DNA of 64,000 bases from an uncultured Candidatus Saccharibacteria bacterium (GTDB lineage Bacteria > Patescibacteriota > Minisyncoccia > Phycocordibacterales > UBA6899), in NCBI GenBank assembly GCA_964515375.1, contig CAZERF010000002.1:93164-157163 (forward strand), written 5' to 3'. This document shows, one piece after another, positions 28,712 to 37,922 of the stretch; the first letter of the stretch is position 1; each line of letters starts with the position of its first letter. The notes under the pieces were generated by a model, which worked only from the letters and a program-made list of their open reading frames with translations, was not told where the DNA came from and made no database searches. Position numbers and translations under genes: made by a program.

Positions 28712-29815
28712 ATGCCTCGCTTACATAAAGTAATTTCATGGCCAAGACGCAAGTTCATTGCTTTCGTCCTCCGAAAAAGAATCGGAAAAAATAAGTGGTC
28801 TGCTCACTTGATATTTGGCTTGCTCAGCATTTTAGATTTACTTGAATTTTTGTATATAAATACACAGGACACGGGAAATTACGACCACTATATTCCAAAA
28901 TTTCTTCTTCGCCGATTTCGAATTTCCGAAAAAGGCGCACACAGTAATTCACTGTTTACCTACACACTTAAATCAAAACTTGTAGAAAGGAAAAGCATCG
29001 ACGACGTTGCGGGGGAAATTGATTTTGACGTCTCAAAAGCTAGCGGCATTCCAAGTGACTTTGTAAACAAAAAAATATTTGCTGAATTTCTTGAGCCGAT
29101 AGCATCAAGAATAATAAAGCATATAAACACTGGAAATAATGATTTAACATATCTTGAGGCTAACACCCTTGCTGTTTATATGGGCCATCAAATCACCCGA
29201 GTGCCAGCATTCAGATCGTTGCTTCTAAAAATTTTCTCGATAGGAATAAGTGATGGGCGGATACTCTATTCTGAATTTGGAGATAAGAAAGCACTCCGCG
29301 AAAAAATCGCCTTCAATTCTATTCTAATTACTTATGATCAGATTTTACGCACCAAACCACCCATTAAAGTCGATGGAGGTAAGCCGCAAGCGATAATGAT
29401 TTCTCTGCTAATTGCGCCTATTATTTCGGAAAAAATATACCGAAATAATAGTATGCATGTTATCGATATTCCTCAGGATAGTGGCAAGGAGTTTGTCATT
29501 TCAGACAACCCAGTAGTATTTATTGATTTCGAAAGAGCGACAGTTCTTCCGTTTGTTCCTTGGTGGGAAATAGGAACCCGCGATTTTTTAATAGCAATGC
29601 CAGTCTCAAGGAACAAGGCAATCATATATAGCAGAGTTAGTAGAAAACCGACAGAAACCGAACAGAACTCAATTGCCGAATTAATAAACTTTGCGCAATA
29701 TGCCTGTTCGAGAAAAGAGGTCTATTCTAACAACGAGAAAACGATATTGCTCCACCTAAATAAATACAAAACAGAGCTCGAAAAATTTCGGTTAATGTTT
29801 AGTTCTGAAGACTGA
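28712..29815 (+). CDS. DUF4238-like protein
   Basis: DHYIPKFLLRRF, QITRVP, FVISDNPVV, MPVS motifs. Confidence 0.8.
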   Translation: MPRLHKVISWPRRKFIAFVLRKRIGKNKWSAHLIFGLLSILDLLEFLYINTQDTGNYDHYIPKFLLRRFRISEKGAHSNSLFTYTLKSKLVERKSIDDVAGEIDFDVSKASGIPSDFVNKKIFAEFLEPIASRIIKHINTGNNDLTYLEANTLAVYMGHQITRVPAFRSLLLKIFSIGISDGRILYSEFGDKKALREKIAFNSILITYDQILRTKPPIKVDGGKPQAIMISLLIAPIISEKIYRNNSMHVIDIPQDSGKEFVISDNPVVFIDFERATVLPFVPWWEIGTRDFLIAMPVSRNKAIIYSRVSRKPTETEQNSIAELINFAQYACSRKEVYSNNEKTILLHLNKYKTELEKFRLMFSSED

Positions 29816-30025
29816 TTTTCTTGTCTTTGAGCACTGTCTTGTTTTTTCATGCACCCAGGAAGCCATCGCTTCTCGAGCGTCATTCCTTTTTTGAGCATGT
29901 ACCCGCCATACGTGTGTACACATTACCAGAGGGGCTTGCAATATATAGATATATGTGTGATTATAGAATCACTTTTATTAACACCGTTTCTTTATTGGAG
30001 GAAGGGAGTAGCATTGAGATTACTT

Positions 30026-32593
30026 ATGGAAACCAAACTTTTTACGACTAAGTTCGTGCGCATATTTTTTATATTAATTAGTGGTGTTTTACTCTCCTCC
30101 CAGACAGCGCTTGCTGCCGTCAGTTATAGCCAAACGGTGACACTCCAGCCCGGATGGAATATCGTTTCAACCCCACGCATTCTTGAGTCGCATAACTTCT
30201 CCATGCCAGAGACGTCTACAAATCTCAGTGTGTTCATGCTGGACGCATCGGATCCAAGTGGGTGGGCACCAATGTCTGGTGAGTTTGCGCCACTCTACGG
30301 ATATTTCATCAATAACAAGACCGCAACATCGCAGACGCTCACCTTTAATTTCAAGGCAAGCACAACCCCGAACGAGCGACTGTTCGATCGGTCATTTGCT
30401 ACTTCCGGCTGGTACTCAATTGGCGTTGCAAATCCCACTTACGCAGATCGCCAAGGTGAGGCGAACGTAGACGAGAACAATCCCTCCCAAGTATTTGATT
30501 CTGTTATTGCTTCGACAGATTTAGTCGTGGACTTTACCGATGCAGACTCGGTATTTAGCCCTGCGAGTGTTGCACTTGCTGATCCTTGGGGAGCTGCGAT
30601 TGCCACTGACGTGAACACCCTTGCTGATATTCGTGACACCAAGGGTTATGCGATCTATATAAATACTTCCGGATCACATTACATTGGATTTCAGAACGAG
30701 AGTGACGATGGTGGCACGGGTTCGGTCCCAACATATACGCCAGGCACACTAAGCATCACCAAGGCAGCAGATTCTCCTTCAGGAAATGTTATCCAGAATG
30801 GCTCAGGGGTAACACTTGGAAAATTCACATTCCAGGCGCAAGGAGAGAGACTGAAGGTTGAAAACCTCAAAGTTGCGCTAACCTCATCCGACACATCTTG
30901 GGGGAGTATTCGCAACGGCGCACTGTTTGCGAATGGTGTACAGGTAGGATCGACGAACAATATTCTTACCGCAACAGGAACGCAGTTCAATCTTGGTAGC
31001 TCCCTCATCATTGATGCTGGTCAAAGTGTCACCATCGAAGTACGCGGTGATATTTATGACAATGATGGCACTAATGATTCTTCTTCCGGAGACACCATAA
31101 AAGTCCAGTTGCTTGCCGGAACATCCAATGTCTATCGACTTACAACACTTGATTATATTTCAAGCGAGAGTAAATCTGCCAACATCGTGACAGTAGCAGA
31201 AGCGACACTTGCCCTTGCGAAATATGCGAGCTATGCAAACCAGACCATCATTGTTCCACAAACCGCATTTAAGATCGGCGAATACCGCCTTACTGCCGGA
31301 GCAGACGAGGGGGTAAATCTCGATACAATCACGCTCGCACTTGGGGGGTCGGCGACAGTTACACACCTCACCAATCTTTACGTGGTGTATGGCTCAAAGA
31401 CCTCGACCGTAAAGGCAACAGGAGCAACATCTCAGCAGTGGTCCATCAATGAGGCACTGTCGGCGAATGGCACGATGAGCATTGCGGTCTATGCAGATAT
31501 GAGCGGAAGCATTTTAAGTGCCTCGACTACGATAACCACACTGACTCTTTCGGGTACCGGACAAGGTTCTGGTAGCCCAGTCACATCGCCCGCTGTTACT
31601 GGACAAACGATCACTGCTGGCGAAGGCGTGCTCACTGGAACAGTGGATTCCTCGACCCCCATTTCTGCACTCCTTGTGGGCAACTCAATGCCAAAGGTAG
31701 CATCATTTAAATTTACCGCATCAAATGATTCTTTCACGATTACCGAACTCGCAGTAACAGCGAAAAGCGTAGCTGATGCGAGTGCAGTTACTGAGCTAGT
31801 GTTCAAAGACGGAGCGACAGAGATCAGACGTGTTTCTTACAATGGAGCTGTTGCCACTGCCACTGGTCTTAGTGTCGTGGCACAGTTCAATGCGACTAAG
31901 GTTATTGATGTGTATGCGAATCTCGGTTCTATCGGCACAGGATTTGTGGACACAGGTGCCAATGTGGGAATTACACTCACGAGTTTCAAGGCGCAAAATT
32001 CAAACGGCGTAAACACGACTCACTCAGTTAGTCTTGCAAGCAACGATTTCTACGCACACAAGACAAAACCAACACTCACAAACGTTGCGCTTCCGACCTC
32101 CGTACTATCTTCGGGCACAGTGACGATTGCAAAGGTAAACGTTACAGCAGACGCAGGAGGTACACTCGCGTGGAGGAAAATAGTATGGAATGTCGCCACA
32201 TCTTCTCCTGGAACGTTTACCGTCGGTTCTCCTGCAGTCTACGATGCAGCAAATGAGTCAACACCGCTTGCCAATGTCACCACGTCGATTGATCCGAGCA
32301 CTGGTGTTATTACCGTTACCTCAACAGTCGACCAAGAGGTGAGTGGTTCAAAGACCTATGTGCTCAAGGCAACTATTGGCGGATCGGTTCAGACTGGTGC
32401 ATCTGTTTCTACGAGCATTGCAGGAGGAGTCACATCACACAGTGTGCCAACCACGTATGCAGGGGCAGCATCGAACTCGTCCTTTGTGTGGTCCGATGAA
32501 TCAGTTGTGGGACACAGTGATACAACCACTGACTGGATGGATAACTATCTCGTGAAAAATCTTCCAACAGATTCACAGACACTCACAAAATAA
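30026..32593 (+). CDS. Large secreted Ser/Thr-rich beta-sandwich surface (S-layer-like) protein
   Basis: Signal peptide ending TALA; LQPGWNIVSTP; repeated Ig-like, T/S/G-rich domains. Confidence 0.8.
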   Translation: METKLFTTKFVRIFFILISGVLLSSQTALAAVSYSQTVTLQPGWNIVSTPRILESHNFSMPETSTNLSVFMLDASDPSGWAPMSGEFAPLYGYFINNKTATSQTLTFNFKASTTPNERLFDRSFATSGWYSIGVANPTYADRQGEANVDENNPSQVFDSVIASTDLVVDFTDADSVFSPASVALADPWGAAIATDVNTLADIRDTKGYAIYINTSGSHYIGFQNESDDGGTGSVPTYTPGTLSITKAADSPSGNVIQNGSGVTLGKFTFQAQGERLKVENLKVALTSSDTSWGSIRNGALFANGVQVGSTNNILTATGTQFNLGSSLIIDAGQSVTIEVRGDIYDNDGTNDSSSGDTIKVQLLAGTSNVYRLTTLDYISSESKSANIVTVAEATLALAKYASYANQTIIVPQTAFKIGEYRLTAGADEGVNLDTITLALGGSATVTHLTNLYVVYGSKTSTVKATGATSQQWSINEALSANGTMSIAVYADMSGSILSASTTITTLTLSGTGQGSGSPVTSPAVTGQTITAGEGVLTGTVDSSTPISALLVGNSMPKVASFKFTASNDSFTITELAVTAKSVADASAVTELVFKDGATEIRRVSYNGAVATATGLSVVAQFNATKVIDVYANLGSIGTGFVDTGANVGITLTSFKAQNSNGVNTTHSVSLASNDFYAHKTKPTLTNVALPTSVLSSGTVTIAKVNVTADAGGTLAWRKIVWNVATSSPGTFTVGSPAVYDAANESTPLANVTTSIDPSTGVITVTSTVDQEVSGSKTYVLKATIGGSVQTGASVSTSIAGGVTSHSVPTTYAGAASNSSFVWSDESVVGHSDTTTDWMDNYLVKNLPTDSQTLTK

Positions 32594-32594
32594 T

Positions 32595-33590
32595 ATGAAA
32601 AAACTCATCCTCTCTATACTTCTCATCCTTCCGCTCAGTGCATTTGCCGCACTGCCAGCATTTCCGATGTCGTTTTATGGGACTGCAACGATTAATGGCA
32701 CCCCTGCACCAGTTGGGACAATCGTTCGTGCATATTACGGAACGACACTTGCGGGGCAGGTGAGTATGAGCGAGGTCGGCATCTATGGTTACGATAATCC
32801 CACCAAACAACAGCTTCTTATCGGCGAGGGTGCCACAGCGATCCGTTTTACTGTTCAATCAAGCACTATAAATAGTGGGACTGAAACTGAAGGAACAGCA
32901 TCGCAATCACACCCCTCGTTTGTATCAGGCGATGTAGTCTCAAAAAATCTCACCTTTACATGGAGTGCTCCTGTTCCAGCACCTACGCCTGCACCATCAG
33001 GTGGCGGGGGTGGAGGTGGTGGCGGAGGGGGAGGAGGGGGCGGTGGAGGTGGATCCGCAACACTGTACGGCTGTATGGATAAAAAAGCGGTAAATTATAG
33101 CCCCATTGCTACTGTCGATAATAAAGCATGCGTTTACCCATCTGGGGTGACTGCAAGTACGACAGCACCGACACCTGCTCCAGTCACGCAGACAAGCACA
33201 GTAAAACCCGTCGGAGAGGTTGCGGGTGCATCGACCTTTATGTTCACTCGTAATCTCAATGTGGGTTCAACGGGAAACGACGTAACCGAATTACAGAAGC
33301 GACTAACTGCGGAAGGATACTATGTTGGTCCAATTACTGGGTACTTCGGTCCGCTCACTGGTGCTGGGGTGAAGAAGTATCAATCAGCACACGGACTAGA
33401 GCAGGTGGGGAACGTTGGGCCAAAGACTCGATCAATACTGAATCAGGGTGGGAGTGTGCTTGGAGCAAGCACTGTATCAACATCGGTCACGGTATTAACA
33501 CCGGAGGCTCGTGCAACGCTCATCAAGCAATTGCTCGCAATGATCATTGAGCTTCAGAAGCAACTTGCAGCACTCAAGGCGCAACAATAG
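32595..33590 (+). CDS. Secreted peptidoglycan-binding-domain protein with a poly-Gly linker
   Basis: Signal peptide; long Gly run; FTRNLNVGSTGNDVTELQKRL..TGYFGPLT..VKKYQ..VGPKTR. Confidence 0.85.
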   Translation: MKKLILSILLILPLSAFAALPAFPMSFYGTATINGTPAPVGTIVRAYYGTTLAGQVSMSEVGIYGYDNPTKQQLLIGEGATAIRFTVQSSTINSGTETEGTASQSHPSFVSGDVVSKNLTFTWSAPVPAPTPAPSGGGGGGGGGGGGGGGGGGSATLYGCMDKKAVNYSPIATVDNKACVYPSGVTASTTAPTPAPVTQTSTVKPVGEVAGASTFMFTRNLNVGSTGNDVTELQKRLTAEGYYVGPITGYFGPLTGAGVKKYQSAHGLEQVGNVGPKTRSILNQGGSVLGASTVSTSVTVLTPEARATLIKQLLAMIIELQKQLAALKAQQ

Positions 33591-33605
33591 AGGAGTGGTT
33601 TGCCA

Positions 33606-34916
33606 TCATTTTTCTAACGTTATCGTTTTATCCTTCAGAACGATTCGGTTTTTTAGACACCCGAGGAGTTCACGCTTCTCAATCATCGTGCCTTCTTTGA
33701 GCATATATTTTGCGTAGTTGCGCACGTCGACATCGAGGGCTTTATCGTTCTCCTTTGCTCCAAGTAGCTTCGCGCGGATTTTGTTGTATCGCGCAACCTC
33801 TCTTTCGATAATGTGGCGTGTTCCGAGTTCATCGATATCAATCTTGTCGAAAATCTCGTCGATTTGCTTGAGTAATTCCTCTTCTCGAATGAATGGGTTC
33901 TTACAGAAGTGATCTTTGTTCCTTGTGCAGTTGTAGTAGATGTAACTCCGCACTGTGCCGTCTTTGAGATTCTTGTCTTTTTCCTGTGCCGTAATTCCTG
34001 ATCCGCAGTACCCACATAGCATGAGATTGGTGAAGGTGAATTCCTGATACTGCTTTTTCGAACGGAGTTCCTCGGTGAGCTTGAGTTGAACTTTCTCGAA
34101 CAATTCCTTCGAAACAAGTGCTTCATGTTGTCCTTTGTACCAGTTTCCACTTCCGCCGGGGTATTCGAATGTCCCTGAGTATAGCGGTTGCCGCAAGATA
34201 CGATAGATAGTACTGAGCGTTAGCGATTTCCTTCCTTTTCGTACGCTCGCAAATCTGCCTTCTTTTTCCATCCAGTGATAGACCTTCCGTCCGCTCCATC
34301 GTTCGTTGCCGACCTTTTCGAACATCTGTTTGATAATCGGCCCGCGCAGGGGGTCAACGAGAATGTATCCTGCACGCCCGGGCATGCGGTCGTTGATATA
34401 TCCGGTCGGTGCGACACACGGCCACAGTCCCATCTCAACTTTTGCCCGAAGCCCGCGCTTCACATTCACGCCCTTGTTATCATTCTCGAGTTTTGCCTGT
34501 GAACACAAAATCATGAGAAGAAATTTCTCGCTCGGGCTGTTGGTGAACTTTTGACCGAACGTTCGTACTTCAATCAGTCTATGCTCGTCCATTAGGTCAA
34601 CAATTGCTCCTAGGTCACCCGCATTTCTACTTAAGCGATCTGGGTGCCACGCAAGGATGGCATTGAATTTTCCTGCCTTGAGGTCGTTAATCAACTCATT
34701 GAAGACGGGTCGTTGCCCGGTACTTTTTGCCGAGTGTGACTCACGCTTGATGTCGACCACATCGAGCCCCTCCCGTTGTGCCAACTGTAGCATCTCTTTG
34801 GCTTGGGAATCGATTGAAAGGGCTTGCTGTTCGTCCGATTCCGACGATTTTCTAGCGTATAAACAGTATCTAATCTTTGGCTCGTCAGAGCCCTCTAGCG
34901 GGTTCGAATTTTTCAT
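33606..34916 (-). CDS. Large serine recombinase (resolvase, recombinase and Zn-ribbon domains)
   Basis: YARKSSE (catalytic Ser), HPDRLSRN, APTGY, HEALVSKELFEKVQ, CGYCG...YYNC. Confidence 0.95.
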   Translation of the reverse strand: MKNSNPLEGSDEPKIRYCLYARKSSESDEQQALSIDSQAKEMLQLAQREGLDVVDIKRESHSAKSTGQRPVFNELINDLKAGKFNAILAWHPDRLSRNAGDLGAIVDLMDEHRLIEVRTFGQKFTNSPSEKFLLMILCSQAKLENDNKGVNVKRGLRAKVEMGLWPCVAPTGYINDRMPGRAGYILVDPLRGPIIKQMFEKVGNERWSGRKVYHWMEKEGRFASVRKGRKSLTLSTIYRILRQPLYSGTFEYPGGSGNWYKGQHEALVSKELFEKVQLKLTEELRSKKQYQEFTFTNLMLCGYCGSGITAQEKDKNLKDGTVRSYIYYNCTRNKDHFCKNPFIREEELLKQIDEIFDKIDIDELGTRHIIEREVARYNKIRAKLLGAKENDKALDVDVRNYAKYMLKEGTMIEKRELLGCLKNRIVLKDKTITLEK

Positions 34917-35065
34917 ACACACCAATGAATGACGCTACCCTCCCAGGGAGTCCAGGAATGGCAGATAGTACGCAATAAGGGTAAATATAGTCAAAAATAT
35001 CAATCCTTGCGTAAGGATTGACAATCCTTACATAGGAGAATAGTATTTACGCATAAACAAAAACC

Positions 35066-35284
35066 ATGAAACAAGAAGAAAAGCGCGAAAGATTTAAGAG
35101 GCTCGGGACGCAACGTACAAACGCGGTGCTCCAGAAGATCAAAGTGCTCAGCAATTGTGCGAATCGGAGCGCGTATGAGTATACGGAAGAGGAGGTGAAT
35201 AAGATTTTTTCAGAGATTGAACGGCGGGTACGCGAGGCGAAGGCGAAATTCCATTTCCCGAAGACGAAAGAATTTAAACTATAA
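35066..35284 (+). CDS. Small basic hypothetical protein, first gene of the ATPase/RM operon
   Basis: KRERFKRLGTQRTN..LSNCANRSAYEY; TTGACA..TAGTAT promoter-like sequence upstream. Confidence 0.75.
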   Translation: MKQEEKRERFKRLGTQRTNAVLQKIKVLSNCANRSAYEYTEEEVNKIFSEIERRVREAKAKFHFPKTKEFKL

Positions 35285-35288
35285 AAAT

Positions 35289-37043
35289 ATGTCCATCCAT
35301 CCCAAAATTTCCCCACGCATCATCAACTCCATTGCGACACTCTATAACGATGTGAACCGCATCTTCATGGAGTACATTGATAATGCAATTGATAGCGCAG
35401 ACCAGAATTGGTTTGATCGTCCCCGCAATGCATACTCCCGTCCTGTTGAGGTCACTGTCCATATCAAGGGGCACAGTCATAAAGACGCAGAAGTCGTCAT
35501 TACTGACAACTGCTTTGGCATCACAAATTTCACCAAAGTCGTAGAGAGTATCGGGGACTCAGACAAGAAAGCACAAGGATTCACTAATGGACAATTTGGT
35601 TTTGGTATCTATTCCTTTATGGCGGCGTGCTCGGATCTTGAGCTCACTTCAAAAGAAGAGGGAAAGAGCGCACTTCGTCTCGTGCTTAACCGTGAACAGT
35701 TTGATAAGAAGTCAGTTGAGGAGGTTAGCATCCCCAGCCCCAAAGAAACCAAGCATTTTCCTCATGATTCGGGCACCCAAATCCGGCTTCATGGGTTTGA
35801 TAAGGACGCATGGAAAAATGTTGTTGCCAAAACGCTCAAGGAGGAGATAGAAAAACACTTTGAGCTCATTCTTCGTCGCGGGAATCTCACGGTGAAAATT
35901 ATTGATGAAACGTCGGAGCAAGAAATACTCTGTGAAGCCTTTGATTATGACAATTTTGATGGGGAGGTATACGAGGACCACATTGAACACTTTGATCTTG
36001 AGAGCGGTCGTCGCCACAAGGTGACGGAAAAGTGGGAATTGAAAGACCCGGTGCATATATTCCTGAAAATGACGAAGGGTCAGGTACTCAACAAGCCCCC
36101 AGTGTTCGTCTCAAAAGGAAGACGAATTTGTGAGATCAAGGATGTGAAGTCATTCAAGTCAGCACACAAGAGCGACATCTGGGGACACGCAAATGTCACG
36201 GGGTACATTGACCTCAAGGATCTGCTCGGGCCAACAATTGCACGCAACGACTTCAAGAGCGACAAAAACTCACGCGCTCTTTTTGCGGAACTTGTAGAGC
36301 TCGAGGATCTGATTCTTGATTATGTGAGACGTGCAAATGAGCATACTGACGAAAAACATTATCAGCAGCTTGAAGACGCGCTCAATCGCGCCCTCTCAAA
36401 GCTTGCGCGCGTTGATGCAATGAATTTCCGTACCTCTTTTCTCAAGGGTGGCGAGAAGAATCTATCTGGTGGATCTGCCGGGACGGAGTATGTAGAGGGC
36501 GTTGGGGCGCATGATTTTGGTGATGGTGAAATTGAGAATCCAGGAGAAGGAGTTGGGGAGGACGAGGGTGAGGGACTCGGGACTCACGAGGGTGGCGACG
36601 ATCTTCCGGGCGGGGCAACCTCAGGCGAACAAGCAAAGAACGAAGAACTTTTTGCTGACAGTGAATTCAAGGGCAAAGAGCGCAAGAAGAGTGGTTTCAA
36701 TATTCACATTTCTGATGCAGAGCCCCAGGTGGATGCCGAGACGGGGAAGCAACTGCGCTCACTCCTTTCGGGTGAACAAATTGTGATCTTTAAGAAGCAC
36801 GCAGATTTCCAGGCTCGCTTGAGCCACACTCGCCAAGGTGGATCAAAGATCACCGACAGACTCCTTGCGTACATTGCGGGGGAGATCACCGTGCACTACA
36901 AAGATGAGTTCTACAACAAGCGCCAGAATGGTCAGCCAGAATACAGCAAGAATATGTTCGTGAGCATGGCAGAGTTCATTTATCAACTTGAGGATGCCCT
37001 TTCCGCGCTTTCCGGGAAGAACCTCTCAGAACTCTCCTCATGA
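35289..37043 (+). CDS. GHKL (HATPase/MORC-like) ATPase
   Basis: EYIDNAID (N box), ITDNCFGI (G1), GQFGFGIYS (G2), GTQI (G3); acidic Gly-rich linker. Confidence 0.85.
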   Translation: MSIHPKISPRIINSIATLYNDVNRIFMEYIDNAIDSADQNWFDRPRNAYSRPVEVTVHIKGHSHKDAEVVITDNCFGITNFTKVVESIGDSDKKAQGFTNGQFGFGIYSFMAACSDLELTSKEEGKSALRLVLNREQFDKKSVEEVSIPSPKETKHFPHDSGTQIRLHGFDKDAWKNVVAKTLKEEIEKHFELILRRGNLTVKIIDETSEQEILCEAFDYDNFDGEVYEDHIEHFDLESGRRHKVTEKWELKDPVHIFLKMTKGQVLNKPPVFVSKGRRICEIKDVKSFKSAHKSDIWGHANVTGYIDLKDLLGPTIARNDFKSDKNSRALFAELVELEDLILDYVRRANEHTDEKHYQQLEDALNRALSKLARVDAMNFRTSFLKGGEKNLSGGSAGTEYVEGVGAHDFGDGEIENPGEGVGEDEGEGLGTHEGGDDLPGGATSGEQAKNEELFADSEFKGKERKKSGFNIHISDAEPQVDAETGKQLRSLLSGEQIVIFKKHADFQARLSHTRQGGSKITDRLLAYIAGEITVHYKDEFYNKRQNGQPEYSKNMFVSMAEFIYQLEDALSALSGKNLSELSS

Positions 37044-37906
37044 GCACTCAAGTCCTCATAGAAGCCATCACGCCTTCATATAATGCCTACCAGAAGGGTC
37101 AGGGTACCCTCACGCCAACCGAGCTCATTATGCTCATGTGGGACATTGGCGCAGCGATTGAGAGGCATGTGAATGAACACAAAATCCCCCCACATGCGCT
37201 GTATCGCCAGGTATATGGCAAGAGTGAGGGTACGCAAAACATCAAACAGCGCAGTTATATTGCGCGTGAGTTTTTAAGTAGAAGCTATCGCGTGAAGCGC
37301 ATATTCAAGACGAAGAGTGAGATCAAAAAGCAACTTCCGAAACTTTCCGCGATCAATCACTTTCGTGAGGCGATGCCATTTTTTGATAATCCAAAGTATG
37401 TACTTGGGGCAAAAGAAAAGCAGGAGCTCCTTCGTGTGATCAATGGTCCGCTCTCCAACAAAGAGAAAGAGAACTACATCCAGAAACTTCAATCAAAGAA
37501 AATCGGGATCAAGAATCCGCGTACACAAAATCTGAATCTCCTTGATGAGGATAAGTTGGTGTTTGTGAAGCTCTATAACGATGTGTTCAACGCACTGAAG
37601 CTTGAGAACTATGACAAGGCAAAGAAAGCCCTCTCTCTCCCGTCACCAAAATTTCTTGCGATACTTTCACTCAACTGTGGAGCTATTTCTGCCGATGGGC
37701 TCATGATGGAAAAATTTGAACCGCCGAAGGATCTCAGTGCGAAGTGGAAGGCGTTTGTCGGGGTGATACAAAAGCTCATCAAAGATGAAAACCCGAAAGA
37801 ACGTAGACGCTTCCGGAGACTCATCCCACCAGAGCGCATGATCCGACTCTCCGAAATGCTCTACGCATTGACCACTCCGGAGAAATATAAGAGCTTCAAG
37901 ATATAA
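37040..37906 (+). CDS. Hypothetical basic protein; N-terminus weakly DUF1016-like
   Basis: Overlaps the ATPase stop (ATGA); LMWDIGAAI motif. Confidence 0.7.
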   Translation: MSTQVLIEAITPSYNAYQKGQGTLTPTELIMLMWDIGAAIERHVNEHKIPPHALYRQVYGKSEGTQNIKQRSYIAREFLSRSYRVKRIFKTKSEIKKQLPKLSAINHFREAMPFFDNPKYVLGAKEKQELLRVINGPLSNKEKENYIQKLQSKKIGIKNPRTQNLNLLDEDKLVFVKLYNDVFNALKLENYDKAKKALSLPSPKFLAILSLNCGAISADGLMMEKFEPPKDLSAKWKAFVGVIQKLIKDENPKERRRFRRLIPPERMIRLSEMLYALTTPEKYKSFKI

Positions 37907-37922
37907 TCACAAGATAAACAGC

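Noticed and set aside
33000-33053. GGN run as a phase-variable repeat
   Set aside because: Mixed Gly codons encoding an in-frame poly-Gly linker.
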